A DNA stretch of 64,000 bases from a virus. Numbering within the stretch: position 1 is the first letter of the stretch; each line of letters starts with the position of its first letter. Location: positions 16,692 through 80,691 of the IMG/VR virus record IMGVR_UViG_3300034072_002191. One strand, given 5' to 3'. Shown in pieces: positions 17,287-26,564 of this stretch. A program made the position numbers and the translations under genes. A model generated the notes under the pieces. That model made no database searches. It had not been told where the DNA came from and saw nothing but the letters and a program-made list of their open reading frames with translations.

Positions 17287-18534
17287 TCAGCCCCTCTTCC
17301 CCGTGCGGATCGAGAAGCTCAGCAGCGTCAGCGTCCGGCGCCGGCGCCAGAACTCCCACCGGGTTACGAACTCCTCGCCATCGATCGACGTCGCCAGCTC
17401 GAACACCGGCACCTTGTGCCGATCGGATTGGCCCACATAGCGCGGCGTCGCGTCGGCCACGCGCGGCAGCATGGCGAAGTCGGCCGGCGTCACCGCGCGC
17501 TGCCCGCGCCGGGTCTCGACGGCAGCGTCGCCGTGCTGCGCGCGAATATGCTCCAGCTCCGAGGGCGACAGGGATAGATCGAAGCCGGCGGCGTCGAGCT
17601 TCTCCCGCGCGATCGCGTCGACCTGGTCGCTGGTAAGCAACCCCAGCGTCCGGCCTGGTTCGATGGGCTTGCCCGCCCAGCTCCGCTGCGCATATCGGCG
17701 CAGATCATCCGCCACGCTCGGTAGCGATCGATAGGAGTCCGCCAAGGCGTCGCGCTGCGCCTCCGGTACCGCGTCCATGAACCCCTTCGCGATGCGATAG
17801 TCCCAGCTGCCGATCTTGGAGGCCATGGCTTGCACAGTCGGCGAGGCGGTTGCGCCTGGGGCGTACCCCCAGCCCTTGGAGACGCCGACTTGCGCGCCCG
17901 TCTTTGGATCGGTGCGGTCCCAGCCCGCCGGCAGCCTCTTGGCGGGATCGCCGCCGAGGCGGACCGCTGCGCGCTCGCTACGCGCGCCGGTGACGTAGCA
18001 GGTGCATCCCCAGCCCGAGGGCGGGTAATGCTGGATCCAGAACGCATGGGAAGGCGGCAGGACCAGGCCGTCCCACGAGAGGTGGATGATCCGCGGTTCC
18101 TTGGCGTTGCCGTGCCGGTACACCCAGAAGGCAAAGTCGCCCTCGGTCAGCTGGGCGTGCCGGCCGGCCGCATAGCTGGTTGCCGCATTGGTGCGGTAGA
18201 TCGTCCGCGTACGCCAGGCGCGGCCGGCGGCTGTGTCTTCACCCGTCCAGCCATGCCAGCCGTTCCGCTCGACGATCGACCGGAAGTCGTCGCGAAATGC
18301 GCCCAGGCTCTTTCCCTCGGCGATCGCGCGGTCGACTGCCGCCGCCAGGTCGGAAAGGAGGTCGGCCTTCATGGCACCCGCGACCATGAAGGCATGGTCA
18401 TGCGCCTCGTGCTTCAGGTCATCCCAGCGCCGTGTCGGGACCTGGTTGCCCAGCTTGCGCCGGAAGAACGCGATCTGTTGGCTGAAGGGCTTCCGAAAGG
18501 CACCTGAGAGGCTGCTTGGATGCCCCTCAGGCAC
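17287..18534 (-). CDS. MuF (gp30) minor head protein with C-terminal PBECR-like nuclease domain
   Basis: MuF motifs AF.VAGA, IYRTN..TSY.AGR, HLSWDG, YPPSGWGCTC. C-terminal LEHIRAQHG...GQRAVT.ADF..LP. Confidence 0.85.
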   Translation of the reverse strand: MPEGHPSSLSGAFRKPFSQQIAFFRRKLGNQVPTRRWDDLKHEAHDHAFMVAGAMKADLLSDLAAAVDRAIAEGKSLGAFRDDFRSIVERNGWHGWTGEDTAAGRAWRTRTIYRTNAATSYAAGRHAQLTEGDFAFWVYRHGNAKEPRIIHLSWDGLVLPPSHAFWIQHYPPSGWGCTCYVTGARSERAAVRLGGDPAKRLPAGWDRTDPKTGAQVGVSKGWGYAPGATASPTVQAMASKIGSWDYRIAKGFMDAVPEAQRDALADSYRSLPSVADDLRRYAQRSWAGKPIEPGRTLGLLTSDQVDAIAREKLDAAGFDLSLSPSELEHIRAQHGDAAVETRRGQRAVTPADFAMLPRVADATPRYVGQSDRHKVPVFELATSIDGEEFVTRWEFWRRRRTLTLLSFSIRTGKRG

Positions 18535-20098
18535 TTTCCGCCTCCAGGTCCGACCGCCCGGCCGCGTGGGCGGCCATCATGCCCTGAGCGAGGGTCACAG
18601 CGATCTTCGACGTGTCGAGGTCGGGAAACGCGGCCAGCAGCATCGCCTTCAGCTCGTCTAGCGTACTGGCCGCTTCCAGCATCGCCTCGATCGTGCCTAG
18701 CAGGCCACCCATGTCGGCCGAAGTATCCTCGACCAGCTTATCCCCGATCGCATCACCGGGGAACGGCACCTGATCGGCACGCGCCCGCACGCCCTGCAAC
18801 GCGAGCTGCGGCGGCAGCGCGGGCGCCGGTGCCATGGCAGTCGCCGCGCTGGTGAGGATGCGGGCGCCCTCCGCCGGCTCGGCGAAACCCAGCTTGTCGC
18901 GGACCTGGGCTTCCTCGATCCGAACGCCCAGTGGCACCACATCCTTCAGCACGCGCGCCAGGCGCTCCAGGTCCTCAGGCTCCGCGCGCTCAATCTTGAC
19001 CTTGGGATAGCGGGGCTGCCGGCCATGTTCGAGATCGACCCAAGGTCGGATGAGGCAGCGATTGAGCGCGCTGGCCGTCGCCTTCGCGTCGGCTTTCTCG
19101 ATATCCTCCGCAACCGACTTGTGGACCTTCGCCTGGCCCGAACCCAGACCGCCAGCCTGCGCGTCGGTGGTGTTGGTCTGCCCGAGGACCGCCTTCGAGA
19201 TCTGCCGATCGAGCCAGTCGGCGCGACGCTCGTACAAGTCGGAACCCGCGCCGACGTTCGCGCTCTCGATGAACTCGATCATCATCCCCTCGGGAATGAT
19301 GGCAGCGCAATCGCCGGCGATGTTGGCGACGGCACGGAAGAGCGTGGCCTTGTCCTCTCGCGTGGCGCCCGGGTGGAACTTGCCCACGCGGACAGGCTGG
19401 CCGAACGTCTGCGCGAAGATCGCCCAGTCGCGCTGGGTGAAGGCCTTGAACATCCATGCCCACGCCGCGACACGCGCGATCCCGGACCGCGCGGGAAGAC
19501 CGCTCTTTGCTTTGATCGAAAGGTGGATGAACTTGAACGGATCCAACGGTTCATCGGGGCCGTTGCCATCGATCCCGCCCCGAAGCATCGGCGTGCGGCC
19601 GTCCGCCTGGGCGAACGTGAAGAACCGGGGATCACGCCACTCCAGGCGATCCGGTCGCCACTGGCCTTCGCTCGTGTCCCAAATGATCTCTGTGAAGCTC
19701 ATGCCCTTGCCGATCGCGTCGAGCATGTCGAACAGTTCGTCCGCCAGCTCGTCCCGCGTCAGCCAGTCGCGCACCATATCGGCGATCTGGACGTCGTGCG
19801 CGTCGTCGCTCGCCGCCTCAACGGTGATGTCGAGCTGAGCCACGGATCGCTTGCGCGTTCCGAGCACACCCAGATAGTGCAGGTCGCGTTCCTCGATCTG
19901 CTCGGCCAGTTCGAAGTAGCGCATCGGATCGCCCTGGTCCGCTTCCCGCAGGATATTCGCCAGACGAACGGGTGTCAGGCCGTCGCCCGGATAGCCGCCA
20001 TAGGGTGAACGGACGCCAGCAAGCGTCGGCCCGGCAACCTCGCGCGTCAGCACCTCGCGGCGAAGCGGCCGGCCGTGCAGATCCACCAAACCCGTCAT
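18527..20098 (-). CDS. Portal protein, Mu gp29/DUF935
   Basis: GLTP.RLA.ILREA..GD, IEERD.H, FGQP.RVGK, ISKAVLGQT. ATG at 20098. Confidence 0.95.
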   Translation of the reverse strand: MTGLVDLHGRPLRREVLTREVAGPTLAGVRSPYGGYPGDGLTPVRLANILREADQGDPMRYFELAEQIEERDLHYLGVLGTRKRSVAQLDITVEAASDDAHDVQIADMVRDWLTRDELADELFDMLDAIGKGMSFTEIIWDTSEGQWRPDRLEWRDPRFFTFAQADGRTPMLRGGIDGNGPDEPLDPFKFIHLSIKAKSGLPARSGIARVAAWAWMFKAFTQRDWAIFAQTFGQPVRVGKFHPGATREDKATLFRAVANIAGDCAAIIPEGMMIEFIESANVGAGSDLYERRADWLDRQISKAVLGQTNTTDAQAGGLGSGQAKVHKSVAEDIEKADAKATASALNRCLIRPWVDLEHGRQPRYPKVKIERAEPEDLERLARVLKDVVPLGVRIEEAQVRDKLGFAEPAEGARILTSAATAMAPAPALPPQLALQGVRARADQVPFPGDAIGDKLVEDTSADMGGLLGTIEAMLEAASTLDELKAMLLAAFPDLDTSKIAVTLAQGMMAAHAAGRSDLEAESA

Positions 20099-20252
20099 GC
20101 CGTCCGATCCCTCACGATGAAATTGTCGATTAAGAGGCCTGAGAGGCCACTGAGAGGGGCGCCGACCCCATTCTGCGCATCGAGGTGCGTCAAGCGCCCC
20201 CACGGGCCTCCTAGGGCCTCAAATTCGAAGACGCGTTTGGAGGCTCCTGCCA

Positions 20253-22013
20253 TCAGATCGCCCCGCGCAGCCGCATGCCCATCGGCGAGCGCCACCAGTT
20301 GGAGTTCTGCTCGTCGTCATCGCCGTCATCGCGGCCAGGGGCCGGCACGGCCTCGTAGCCGTAGGCGACCGCTGCCTGGCGCGAGGCGTACCAGGCCAGC
20401 ATGCCGCCGATCGCCGTGTCGCCGTGACGGGGGAACCCGTCGCCACCCTTGAAGCGGAAGTCGTCAGGCACCTTGATGATGCCACCGACATATTGAAGCG
20501 CCTGGTGATCGAGCACCACGTCCGCATCGGCCGCGACGACGATCGTCTTTTCGCCGAACGCGTTGACATAGGGCACCGCGTTCTGCCGGTACCATTCCTG
20601 GCTTAGCTTCACCTGGCTGACGCGAGCTCCGAAACCGGAGACGAAGCCCGAAGGGGACGCGTAGCCGATCGCGCATACCTCGGCGAGATAGGCGCCGTTG
20701 CCCGTGGCATCGAACGCCGCGTGGCCCAGCCGGGGCAACCGCCGGAGGATGTAGAAGGCAACGTCCCGCTGGGTCTCGAACGGCACGTTGCGCAGCTCCA
20801 CGATCAGCTTCTGCCGCCGGACCAGGTCCTGCCCATATTCGGTGATGATCGGCCCGGAGGTGTCACCCGACCGCGCGAAGTCCCAGCCGAGATCATGCCG
20901 CCGATCCTGGTCAAGCCGATCCAGGACCGGCTTCACCTGCTCGACCAGGAAGCGATCGGTTACCGCCTTGCGCGCCTCAGGCCCCAGCTCGGCGAAGTCG
21001 CTGCCCAGCGTCCAGCGGATCACCGGCACGTCGCGGCTGGTGACGGACTCGATCACGACCTGGCTCAGCGCCGACCCTTCAGCGTCGGCCGGGATCGCAT
21101 CCAGTTCCTGCGCCATCTGCGCCCTGCGCAGGCCATAGGCGCCCCGGATCTTGGCTTCCCATTCCCGCTCAGCCTCGGTCGAATATTCCATGCCGCGCAG
21201 CAGGCACACCCGGCGGAACAGGCCGTTCTTCACCGCCGCATCGAACGGGATGAAGTGGAGGCTGAAGGGCACCTTGCCCGCCTTGGCCTCGTTGATCAGC
21301 TCATTGAACGGGTTGAGCTTGCCATTGTGGGTGGAGATCACCCGGATGCGCCCGCCCCAGATCAGCAGCGCGTTCACCGCGTCGAGCACCGCGCGGACGT
21401 TCGCGTGGAACGCCGCTTCGTCGATCACGACGACGCCCTGGAGGCCGCGGATATTCTCCGGCCGTGACGAAAGCGCCTCGACGCGGAAGCCGCTGGCGAA
21501 CCGGACGCGATAGGCGGAGATCTGGCGCGAGCTTCCGTCTTCGAGCTGGTCTTCGAACAGGAACTCCTCGACCTGGCCGAGCTGGCCCGCGACCACCTTC
21601 GCGAAGTGGGCGACATAGCCGATGAACTCGCGGCCCTTGTCCTTCGTGTCGCCGATATAGAAGACGTTGTCGCCGCCGGCCGACCGCGACGCCGCTGCGA
21701 TCAGCGTATCGTCCAGCGCCTCGGCATAGGTGATCCCGGTACGGCGGCCCTTCTCGCCCAGCTTCAGCGGGGACTGGTCTTCCAGCCACGCCTTCTGGTG
21801 ATCCATCAGGATGCCGTCGGCGAGCGGATCGTGGTCGGCGGGGATCTCGGCGCCGCGCGGCAGCTCGACCGGCAGCTCCGCCGGATTGCGGGCGAGGACC
21901 GGCGGCCGTTCGACGGTCCCGCCGGCGAGCGCGACGCCGGCGGCGGCTGTGGTGACGACATTCGCGACGCGCTTCAGCAGAGACGGCGCGTCCCGGCCTG
22001 CGTCCGACGTCAT
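20253..22013 (-). CDS. Terminase large subunit, Mu gp28-like
   Basis: EKGRRTGIT, VVIDEAAFH, ISTHNG, GWDFARSGD, RHGD. Confidence 0.95.
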   Translation of the reverse strand: MTSDAGRDAPSLLKRVANVVTTAAAGVALAGGTVERPPVLARNPAELPVELPRGAEIPADHDPLADGILMDHQKAWLEDQSPLKLGEKGRRTGITYAEALDDTLIAAASRSAGGDNVFYIGDTKDKGREFIGYVAHFAKVVAGQLGQVEEFLFEDQLEDGSSRQISAYRVRFASGFRVEALSSRPENIRGLQGVVVIDEAAFHANVRAVLDAVNALLIWGGRIRVISTHNGKLNPFNELINEAKAGKVPFSLHFIPFDAAVKNGLFRRVCLLRGMEYSTEAEREWEAKIRGAYGLRRAQMAQELDAIPADAEGSALSQVVIESVTSRDVPVIRWTLGSDFAELGPEARKAVTDRFLVEQVKPVLDRLDQDRRHDLGWDFARSGDTSGPIITEYGQDLVRRQKLIVELRNVPFETQRDVAFYILRRLPRLGHAAFDATGNGAYLAEVCAIGYASPSGFVSGFGARVSQVKLSQEWYRQNAVPYVNAFGEKTIVVAADADVVLDHQALQYVGGIIKVPDDFRFKGGDGFPRHGDTAIGGMLAWYASRQAAVAYGYEAVPAPGRDDGDDDEQNSNWWRSPMGMRLRGAI

Positions 22014-22603
22014 GTCCGCAACCCCAGCACGTCGCGCCGGATCTGCGCGATCGAGTCGGCGCTAAGGCCTGCCTCGCGCATCTGCTTCTCGGCCTTGCCG
22101 ACTTCCTCGGCCGCCGCCTCCAGCTGGCTGTTGACGCGTTCTTCCAGCTCGCGGCGATGGCCGGCCGACGTCTTCTGTGCCGCGACGATCGAATTGAGCG
22201 AGCGCGACAGCTCCAGGATTTCTTTCGACTTCAGCTCGCCGCCTTCGACCCGCTCATAGATGCTGGCCTTCAGGATCTCGGCGATCGCGACGGTCACGTC
22301 GTCAGCGTCCCCGGTGCCGAGGCTCGCGACCAGGTCGTTCGTGACGGTGCGCAGCTCGTCCAGCCGGCGAAACTGGATCGTCTTGCGAATTGACCAGCGG
22401 TTGAACGCCGAACGGCTGACCGGCTCGATTCCACGCGACGCCAGGCGCGCGTTGAACTGATCGAGGATCAGGTTCTGGGGCAGGCTCCGCTGGCGCAGCG
22501 CCTCCAGCGCCCAGACGATGTCTTCCTCGGCCGCCTCCGGCAGCATGTCCAAGGTAGAGAGCCTACCACGACCCTCGCGCCGATCGGCGCCGGCGCCAGG
22601 CAC
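22010..22603 (-). CDS. Mu gp27/DUF3486 (terminase small subunit)
   Basis: GR.S.LD.LP, SRSAFNR, GLSAD....IRR.VLG. Confidence 0.85.
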   Translation of the reverse strand: MPGAGADRREGRGRLSTLDMLPEAAEEDIVWALEALRQRSLPQNLILDQFNARLASRGIEPVSRSAFNRWSIRKTIQFRRLDELRTVTNDLVASLGTGDADDVTVAIAEILKASIYERVEGGELKSKEILELSRSLNSIVAAQKTSAGHRRELEERVNSQLEAAAEEVGKAEKQMREAGLSADSIAQIRRDVLGLRT

Positions 22604-22606
22604 CGC

Positions 22607-22903
22607 TCAGTCCTCGTCCGAGGGACGCGTCACGCCCTCGATCACCGCGCGGCGATCGACATGGTCGCGGCCCAGCTTGGTCAACGCTGCCACCATCACG
22701 GTCCCGGCCTCGGTGATCCGCACAGCGCCCAGCTCGTCGAGCAGGCGCAGCTGCGTGCGGACCCAGTCGCGCGTGCGGCGGAAACCGAACGCATCGAGCA
22801 CGTGCATCAACACGGCTTCATTGAGGCGGCCGTCGATCTGGCTCGCCAGTTCCTTCAGCATGCACAGCCGGGCATCGGCCGCATAGCTATCGGCGTAGTT
22901 CAC
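22607..22903 (-). CDS. Mu gp26-like winged-helix protein
   Basis: RL..LKEL...N...L...L, RD.VRTQL..L.ELG, G.DHV......GV.RPS. Confidence 0.8.
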   Translation of the reverse strand: MNYADSYAADARLCMLKELASQIDGRLNEAVLMHVLDAFGFRRTRDWVRTQLRLLDELGAVRITEAGTVMVAALTKLGRDHVDRRAVIEGVTRPSDED

Positions 22904-23226
22904 GCTTTCGCTCCCAACAGATGATCCTCGATGCGACGCATGGTCCTGGTCACGCTGCTCAGCTCCGATTCGAGCGTCTTGAGTTTCCCGTTCATGTCGC
23001 TGAGTTGCAGGCGCAGGCCGTTGACGTCCTCCTTGCTGGGCAGGTGCTTCAGCTCGGCCTCGATCGAGAGGATGCGACGATCATGCTCGTCGATTGCCTC
23101 GTCCTGCGCCTGCTGTTTGGCGGCCAGCGCGGCGCCGCCCTTGCTCATCCAGACCCACACCGTGTTCGCGATCGACAACAGCAACGACAGGGCGGTCAGC
23201 CCTGTGATCAACCATTCAAACTTCAC
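22900..23226 (-). CDS. Mu gp25/DUF2730-like membrane protein
   Basis: N-terminal TM helix, RI..IE..L.HLPS, coiled coil. Confidence 0.8.
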   Translation of the reverse strand: MKFEWLITGLTALSLLLSIANTVWVWMSKGGAALAAKQQAQDEAIDEHDRRILSIEAELKHLPSKEDVNGLRLQLSDMNGKLKTLESELSSVTRTMRRIEDHLLGAKA

Positions 23227-23441
23227 CGGCTCCCCCTCCGCTCAATCGCTTCCTGGCAACGGATGCAGCGCGTCGCGGACGGCAGTGCCGCGCGCCGTGC
23301 CGCCCCAATCTCTCCGCCACATCCGTGGCATGTGACATCGCCCGGTTCGTCCAGGCCTGCCCGGATGCGGGCGATTGTGCTGTCCGTCTGACGGGCGAAG
23401 GTCGCCTCGGCCGCCGCGACGATCGCGTCGTCATCTTCCAT
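23223..23441 (-). CDS. TraR/DksA C4-type zinc finger protein
   Basis: CHGCGGEI..ARR.ALP...RCIRCQ. Confidence 0.9.
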   Translation of the reverse strand: MEDDDAIVAAAEATFARQTDSTIARIRAGLDEPGDVTCHGCGGEIGAARRAALPSATRCIRCQEAIERRGSR

Positions 23442-23769
23442 CGGGCGGTCCTCCGTCGCGCACTAGGACGGACCAGTCACCGACATATTCGACGGCCGAC
23501 CGGCACTCGTGCCAGGCACCGCGCGCCTGGACGATGTAGCGGGCGACCATGGTCTCGCGCGCGATCACCGTGTCGAGCAACACCACCAGGCGCCCGTCCG
23601 GAAGCGCGAACGGCGCCAGCGGCGAGAGGGCGGGCGCAGCTGGGAAGCGATCTGGGCACGGCGCGAGCCGCGCAGCGTCCGGCGTGACTGCGGCCAGGCG
23701 TGGCGCCTGCCTAGTGCAACTCGGCGAACAGAACATCGAGAGGGCTAGCACCATTGTCCGCAGCCGCAT
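23431..23769 (-). CDS. Putative o-spanin (Rz1-like lipoprotein)
   Basis: Signal-like MRLRTMVLALSMFCSPSC, Pro-rich, overlaps the 3' end of the i-spanin gene. Confidence 0.6.
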   Translation of the reverse strand: MRLRTMVLALSMFCSPSCTRQAPRLAAVTPDAARLAPCPDRFPAAPALSPLAPFALPDGRLVVLLDTVIARETMVARYIVQARGAWHECRSAVEYVGDWSVLVRDGGPPDGR

Positions 23770-24055
23770 CGGCTTTCTCCTGAAGGTCCCGTTGGTCATT
23801 GCCGAAGTCACGATCGCGCCGATCCTTGGCGGCGCCGGCCGCACGATCGGCGGCTAGGGTGGTGTTGAGCACCGCAACGTCCCCGGCCGAGCGATCGGCA
23901 GCGACGACGCGCCGGTCATGGCGCGACAGCCAAACACCGAGCACGATCCACAGCACCACGACGATCACGCCGGTCAGCACGATCTCCGCGATGATGCGGC
24001 GGCAGTTCTCCGGGACACCGATCGTGCCCAGCAGGCGAACGATGGGGCCGATCAT
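23711..24055 (-). CDS. Putative i-spanin (Rz-like)
   Basis: One TM helix plus a helical periplasmic part, within the lysis cassette. Confidence 0.65.
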   Translation of the reverse strand: MIGPIVRLLGTIGVPENCRRIIAEIVLTGVIVVVLWIVLGVWLSRHDRRVVAADRSAGDVAVLNTTLAADRAAGAAKDRRDRDFGNDQRDLQEKADAAADNGASPLDVLFAELH

Positions 24056-24309
24056 ACCGGCGCACTCCCGGTGTCACCCGCTTCGCGCTGCTTTCGATCG
24101 CTCCGGTTGCGCGCATAGATCGCGCCGGTGGTGGCGGTCAGCATGGTCGCCCAGGCGCCGGCAAAGGCCATCTCGCGAAAGGCGCCGCTACGCACATAGT
24201 CGGCGATCGACAGACCGAGGAACGTCAGTCCGCCCAGCAGCGCGAGCACCCGCACGATGTCGAGATACTCGTTGCGACCTCCGTACAGCAGATCCTTCAG
24301 CGCCTTCAC
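24052..24309 (-). CDS. Putative holin
   Basis: 85 aa, two TM segments, basic C-terminus, follows the endolysin. Confidence 0.7.
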   Translation of the reverse strand: MKALKDLLYGGRNEYLDIVRVLALLGGLTFLGLSIADYVRSGAFREMAFAGAWATMLTATTGAIYARNRSDRKQREAGDTGSAPV

Positions 24310-24923
24310 AGGATCAGCGCCCGCATCGCCGCATAGCGGGTCTGGCGATCGTCCCAGCCGTTTGGCGGCCGGCTGGCGCGCGGATTGCCCCGGTTCACGC
24401 CGTTCGAGACCGCGAGCAGATCATCCTTGTCCGCCCAGACCGCTAGGCTCTGCTCGTCCCAATAGGAACAGAAGGCCAGCAGGCCGAGGGACCAGTATTC
24501 GAGCAACTCCGGATGCGCTTCCAGGTCGATGCCGAGCTTTCGGCCGAAGTGGCGGTAATTGCCCCGCCCGGTGACGCCGCCGACGCCGCGCCCCAGATAC
24601 CGGAAGCCGTCGCCCTTCTGGTCGTTGCCTAGATCAGCGCGCCCCTCATAGCCGATCTGGGCGGGCGTCGGCCCCCAGATCTCGCGGGCATATCGGAAGC
24701 CGCCGCATTCGTGCGCGCACTGGGCCATGAAGTGCGCCAGGCGGAGACCGGAATCGAGGATGCCATAGGTGCGGAAGTGGATATTGGCGGCGAGCCCCAG
24801 TTCGGCCGCGACCGCCGGCGCGGCGCCCGCGCGTGCGAATAGCGCGGTCAGCGTGTCGCGCCCGATAATACCGTCCTGGCCGACGCCAAGGCGCTTCTGC
24901 AGCTGTTGTGCGTTTAGATCCAC
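24306..24923 (-). CDS. Endolysin, glycoside hydrolase family 19
   Basis: LAHFMAQCAHECGGF, GRADLGN...GDG.RY.GRG, TGR.NY. Short N-terminal PG-binding-like DGIIG..T. GTG at 24923. Confidence 0.9.
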   Translation of the reverse strand: MDLNAQQLQKRLGVGQDGIIGRDTLTALFARAGAAPAVAAELGLAANIHFRTYGILDSGLRLAHFMAQCAHECGGFRYAREIWGPTPAQIGYEGRADLGNDQKGDGFRYLGRGVGGVTGRGNYRHFGRKLGIDLEAHPELLEYWSLGLLAFCSYWDEQSLAVWADKDDLLAVSNGVNRGNPRASRPPNGWDDRQTRYAAMRALIL

Positions 24924-25045
24924 GAGCCTGCCCTGAAGTGAGTGAAGGCGGGGTAAACTCGACTGGAACGCGTCCCCCGCCCGAGGCCTGAAACTGCGCG
25001 GAAGTGGCGGTAGATTGCATGCCATCGGACGATGGCAAGAAGTCA

Positions 25046-25062
25046 ATGCCATCAGGGGCGGG
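25046..25062 (-). promoter_or_regulatory. Putative late-activator site upstream of the lysis operon
   Basis: CCCGCC-N6-GGCAT, matches 16601..16617. Confidence 0.4.
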
Positions 25063-25070
25063 AAGGAAAA

Positions 25071-25427
25071 TTAGAAGAGCGAAAGCTGCGCTGAACCCTT
25101 TGCAGGCGGGTCAGCCATGCGTGCGAAAAGCTTGTCGATACCTGTCTCAACCATCCCGAGTTTCCGCGCGATCTGCGCGTTGCTCAGGCCGAGAGCCCGA
25201 TAATGACGAGCCCGCTCGTTTCGAGCAAGAGGAACGCGGATCGTGGCGGGCGAATAGCGCCGCGACAGGAGGTCGGCGGCTTCTCGACCGATCGCCTGGA
25301 CGATCTCATGGTCGGCGGGGATGGTGGTCGGTACGTAGAGCCGGGTACCCCCGAACGCCTGCGCCAGCGCGACGAAGCCATCTTCGCCGAGCAGTGCCTT
25401 CAGGTCGTTCGAGAGTTCTCCGATCAT
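25071..25427 (-). CDS. Mor/C-family transcription activator
   Basis: L...FGGTRLYVP plus C-terminal HTH (GLSNAQIARKLG). Last gene before the late operon. Confidence 0.85.
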   Translation of the reverse strand: MIGELSNDLKALLGEDGFVALAQAFGGTRLYVPTTIPADHEIVQAIGREAADLLSRRYSPATIRVPLARNERARHYRALGLSNAQIARKLGMVETGIDKLFARMADPPAKGSAQLSLF

Positions 25428-25693
25428 CCGTTGCTCCGCGCCAGCGGGGCAAGGGCATGGAACCGGGCGGTGACGGTCAACCGGTCATCGGGGATCACCG
25501 TCGTGACCGTCTGGCGACGCACGATGAACGCGTTGCCCTCCGATCGGATTGCATAGTCCGTGACGCCCAATGTCATCGCTGCACCATGGGCGCGCGCGAA
25601 TGATGCCTGCAGCTCGTCGCGCAGTTGCTCGACGTCGAGCCCGGCCGCGTGCTCCAGGAAGCGCAGAAGCGCATTGTCAGAAACGCGGATCAT
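25424..25693 (-). CDS. Hypothetical phage protein
   Basis: 89 aa, VSDNALLRFLE..AG.DVE motif. Coupled to neighbours. Confidence 0.65.
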   Translation of the reverse strand: MIRVSDNALLRFLEHAAGLDVEQLRDELQASFARAHGAAMTLGVTDYAIRSEGNAFIVRRQTVTTVIPDDRLTVTARFHALAPLARSNG

Positions 25694-26364
25694 TTCCCCT
25701 CCAGTTCCAGCGGACGCAGCGACGCGCCGACGCCGCCATGAAGCTGAGCGGCGCGCCCGCTGCTGACGCCGTTCCAGTAATCATTGCCCGCGCGCAGGCC
25801 GCTGGCCTTGGCTTCGCGCACGTCCACGGCGATCAGGTCAGAGTGATGGGTCACCATGTACTGCTCGATCAGCGGATCTTTCTCGCGATCGGGGACGAGA
25901 GCCTTCATCTTGGTCAGGACAGCTGCCGCGTAGCCTTCGCAGAACACGTCCGCGCGGGCGCGCTTGCGCCCCGGCCGGCAACGACGAAGCGCCGTGGAGA
26001 TATACTCTGCCCGCGCCTTGCGTAGCTGCCGAAACAGCACGGCGAAGGCATAGCTGGCGACCTCGGGAGCCGCGCCCCGGCCGACATATCGGCGATCGAG
26101 CTGGTCGTCGATGAACACCTCGACGCCGAAGGCGCGACGCACAGCCGCGCAGAGAAAGCTTTCCCACTTGCTCGGCCGCTGGGTCCGCGAGCCACGCGCG
26201 GCAGCCTCCTCGATCTCCGCCAGTTCCACGTCGGCCGAGGTGACGCCGTATTCATCCATGATCTTCCGCGCCGCATCCAGCGCGGCCGCAGCCTCGTGCT
26301 CATTGGCGCTCTTCGCGAGCGCCAGGCACTTCCGGAGCCGGGCCATCATCGCCTTGGGGATCAT
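25690..26364 (-). CDS. DUF2786-family protein
   Basis: RLRKCLALA.SANEHEAAAAL..A..IM.EYG. Confidence 0.85.
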   Translation of the reverse strand: MIPKAMMARLRKCLALAKSANEHEAAAALDAARKIMDEYGVTSADVELAEIEEAAARGSRTQRPSKWESFLCAAVRRAFGVEVFIDDQLDRRYVGRGAAPEVASYAFAVLFRQLRKARAEYISTALRRCRPGRKRARADVFCEGYAAAVLTKMKALVPDREKDPLIEQYMVTHHSDLIAVDVREAKASGLRAGNDYWNGVSSGRAAQLHGGVGASLRPLELEGK

Positions 26365-26564
26365 GGCCGCGTCGCCCAGGCGGGGGGATTGGCGGCCGGT
26401 GCCGGCACGCCGGGCGCGGGCGCAAGCGGCAGCGCCGTCGTGCAGCCCGCGCATTCGGCGGAGCTGCGGCCGACGATCCAGTTCGTGCCGCCACAGCCGG
26501 GGCAGTGGTCGCCGGAATGATAGAGGGGCCGGTAGCCCCGTAATGTCGGAAGCATGTGATACAT
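26361..26564 (-). CDS. Small zinc-ribbon protein
   Basis: CPGCG...W.VGR.SAECA.C. Coupled at both ends. Confidence 0.6.
   Translation of the reverse strand: MYHMLPTLRGYRPLYHSGDHCPGCGGTNWIVGRSSAECAGCTTALPLAPAPGVPAPAANPPAWATRP

Noticed and set aside
20095-20295. 66-aa ORF between terminase and portal
   Set aside because: Overlaps terL, has no recognisable features, and the region looks like a cis-acting site. A small gene cannot be fully excluded.
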